Below are positions 62,721 to 64,000 of a stretch of DNA of 64,000 nt, one piece after another. Origin of the DNA: Epiperipatus broadwayi. Its lineage: Eukaryota > Animalia > Onychophora. Made by a program: the position numbers and the translations under genes. The stretch covers positions 22,134,001-22,198,000 of the forward strand of contig JAQFVV010000003.1 of NCBI GenBank assembly GCA_028023455.1, in the 5' to 3' direction. Position 1 is the first letter of the stretch. Every line of letters begins with the position of its first letter. Below the pieces are notes generated by a model, which had not been told where the DNA came from, ran no database searches, and saw only the letters and a list, made by a program, of their open reading frames with translations.

Positions 62721-64000
62721 ATGTGTCAGTTCCAGAACCAATGAACTTATACTGAAAACTTATAATGATAATAGATAAATAATGACATATTTGCAAGAGG
62801 TAGCCATAATGAAATACTGAACCAAAGTGGAGATTCAAACCTCAATTCAGATAAAATATTATGTAAACAAACATGTGATACACTATGGAGACAATTTAGA
62901 TAGGATGCTCTGCTATACCTTATGACTGAACTTACAGGTTATACCTATAGATGAAAGAAGATATAAAGACTTTGCCCAAATCTACATTTATGAAGTAAGA
63001 TAGTATTCCTGTGGATGTATACATCTACACATAGGAATATCACAATACTGGATGCCCTGTGGGTTTATAGACGACCATCAAGCATCAAGTATAATTACAC
63101 ACAGTTCTTTGGATTAACCACCAGTGCAGGAATGAGTGCAAAATACAGAAAATGGCAAATAATTATTCTGTGGATTAACCACCAGCACAGACTAATGCCA
63201 TTTAACAATTCCAAAGCAGTATTAATATTTACTTCAAATCAAAATGTAAAATCATACTCCTCAATTATTCTGCTAACTCAAAGTACACCAGCAATTTAGC
63301 AGACATGAGTTAGACATAATGAAAAAGTGTTTCATAATAAAGAACAACTGAGACAATGACTGACTCTGCTTAAAATATGAGCATAATAATAATGTAATAA
63401 ATATGACATAAGTATAGGCACAGAACCCTGGAAAGACTCATAGGAATAATTCATGTAATGTTGACACACATAAATTCACCAATAATTCCTAACTTCTTGC
63501 AAGCACTGTTCCCTCAATTAATTATTCTCTTCGATCCTTTGTATTTAAATTAAGCATAGTAAAAGTACATATCATGAACTTCACATATAAGTTCATATGA
63601 AAATAAAATCAAAATAAATACATTCTTACTCAAATAAACATTAAATTAAAGCACACAACATTTTGGGTATAGTAAATATTCACCCATAAAATAAATATAG
63701 CAAATCTTTAACAATTAATGTACATCATATAAAATAATAATTTTATAACAGGTGTGATTATTCCTTTTGTTTCCAATTATTGTGAATACTCCTAAATTAA
63801 TGGAATCTTACATGGGCTCTATGAATAGACAGATAATTTTTAAAAGCACAACATGTAGAGTTTTAATGAGAATATTCCTTATAAGTTACTGAATTCTATA
63901 TCCTATGTCAAGCATTGTTCCAAATTTATAATATTTATATTATCTTAATTTGTTTATTCAACATCAAAAACTAGGAATAAGAATCGGAGCAAGTAATAAT

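Overview
Strongly AT-rich, CpG-depleted animal genomic DNA (probably an invertebrate; not identifiable to species from sequence alone), dominated by decayed transposable elements. No complete protein-coding gene is recognisable. The most striking signal is a set of three non-coding repeat families (called A, B and C here; A and B have ~435-450 bp units), each carrying a minimal type I hammerhead ribozyme with a palindromic stem III. A and B occur as fold-back (head-to-head) insertions whose arms can exceed one unit and that are flanked by 12-14 bp target-site duplications, i.e. retrozyme / Penelope pseudo-LTR-like elements with no cognate RT in the window. Also present: a near full-length decayed RTE-clade LINE plus four fragments, three L1/Tx1-like LINE fragments, an RNase H-bearing LINE fragment, hAT (Charlie/Buster/GTF2IRD2-like) transposase relics and MITEs including three stacked exactly 8 bp apart, two copies of a TIR element with TTAGGG-like tracts, solo-LTR-like elements and tRNA-derived SINEs. 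A patchy CpG-retaining island (~39.2-47.2 kb) holds an open BIR-like ORF between two tandem arrays (possible endogenous DNA-virus/Polinton cargo). A CpG-rich promoter-like region near 58 kb holds a candidate signal-peptide first exon on the minus strand.
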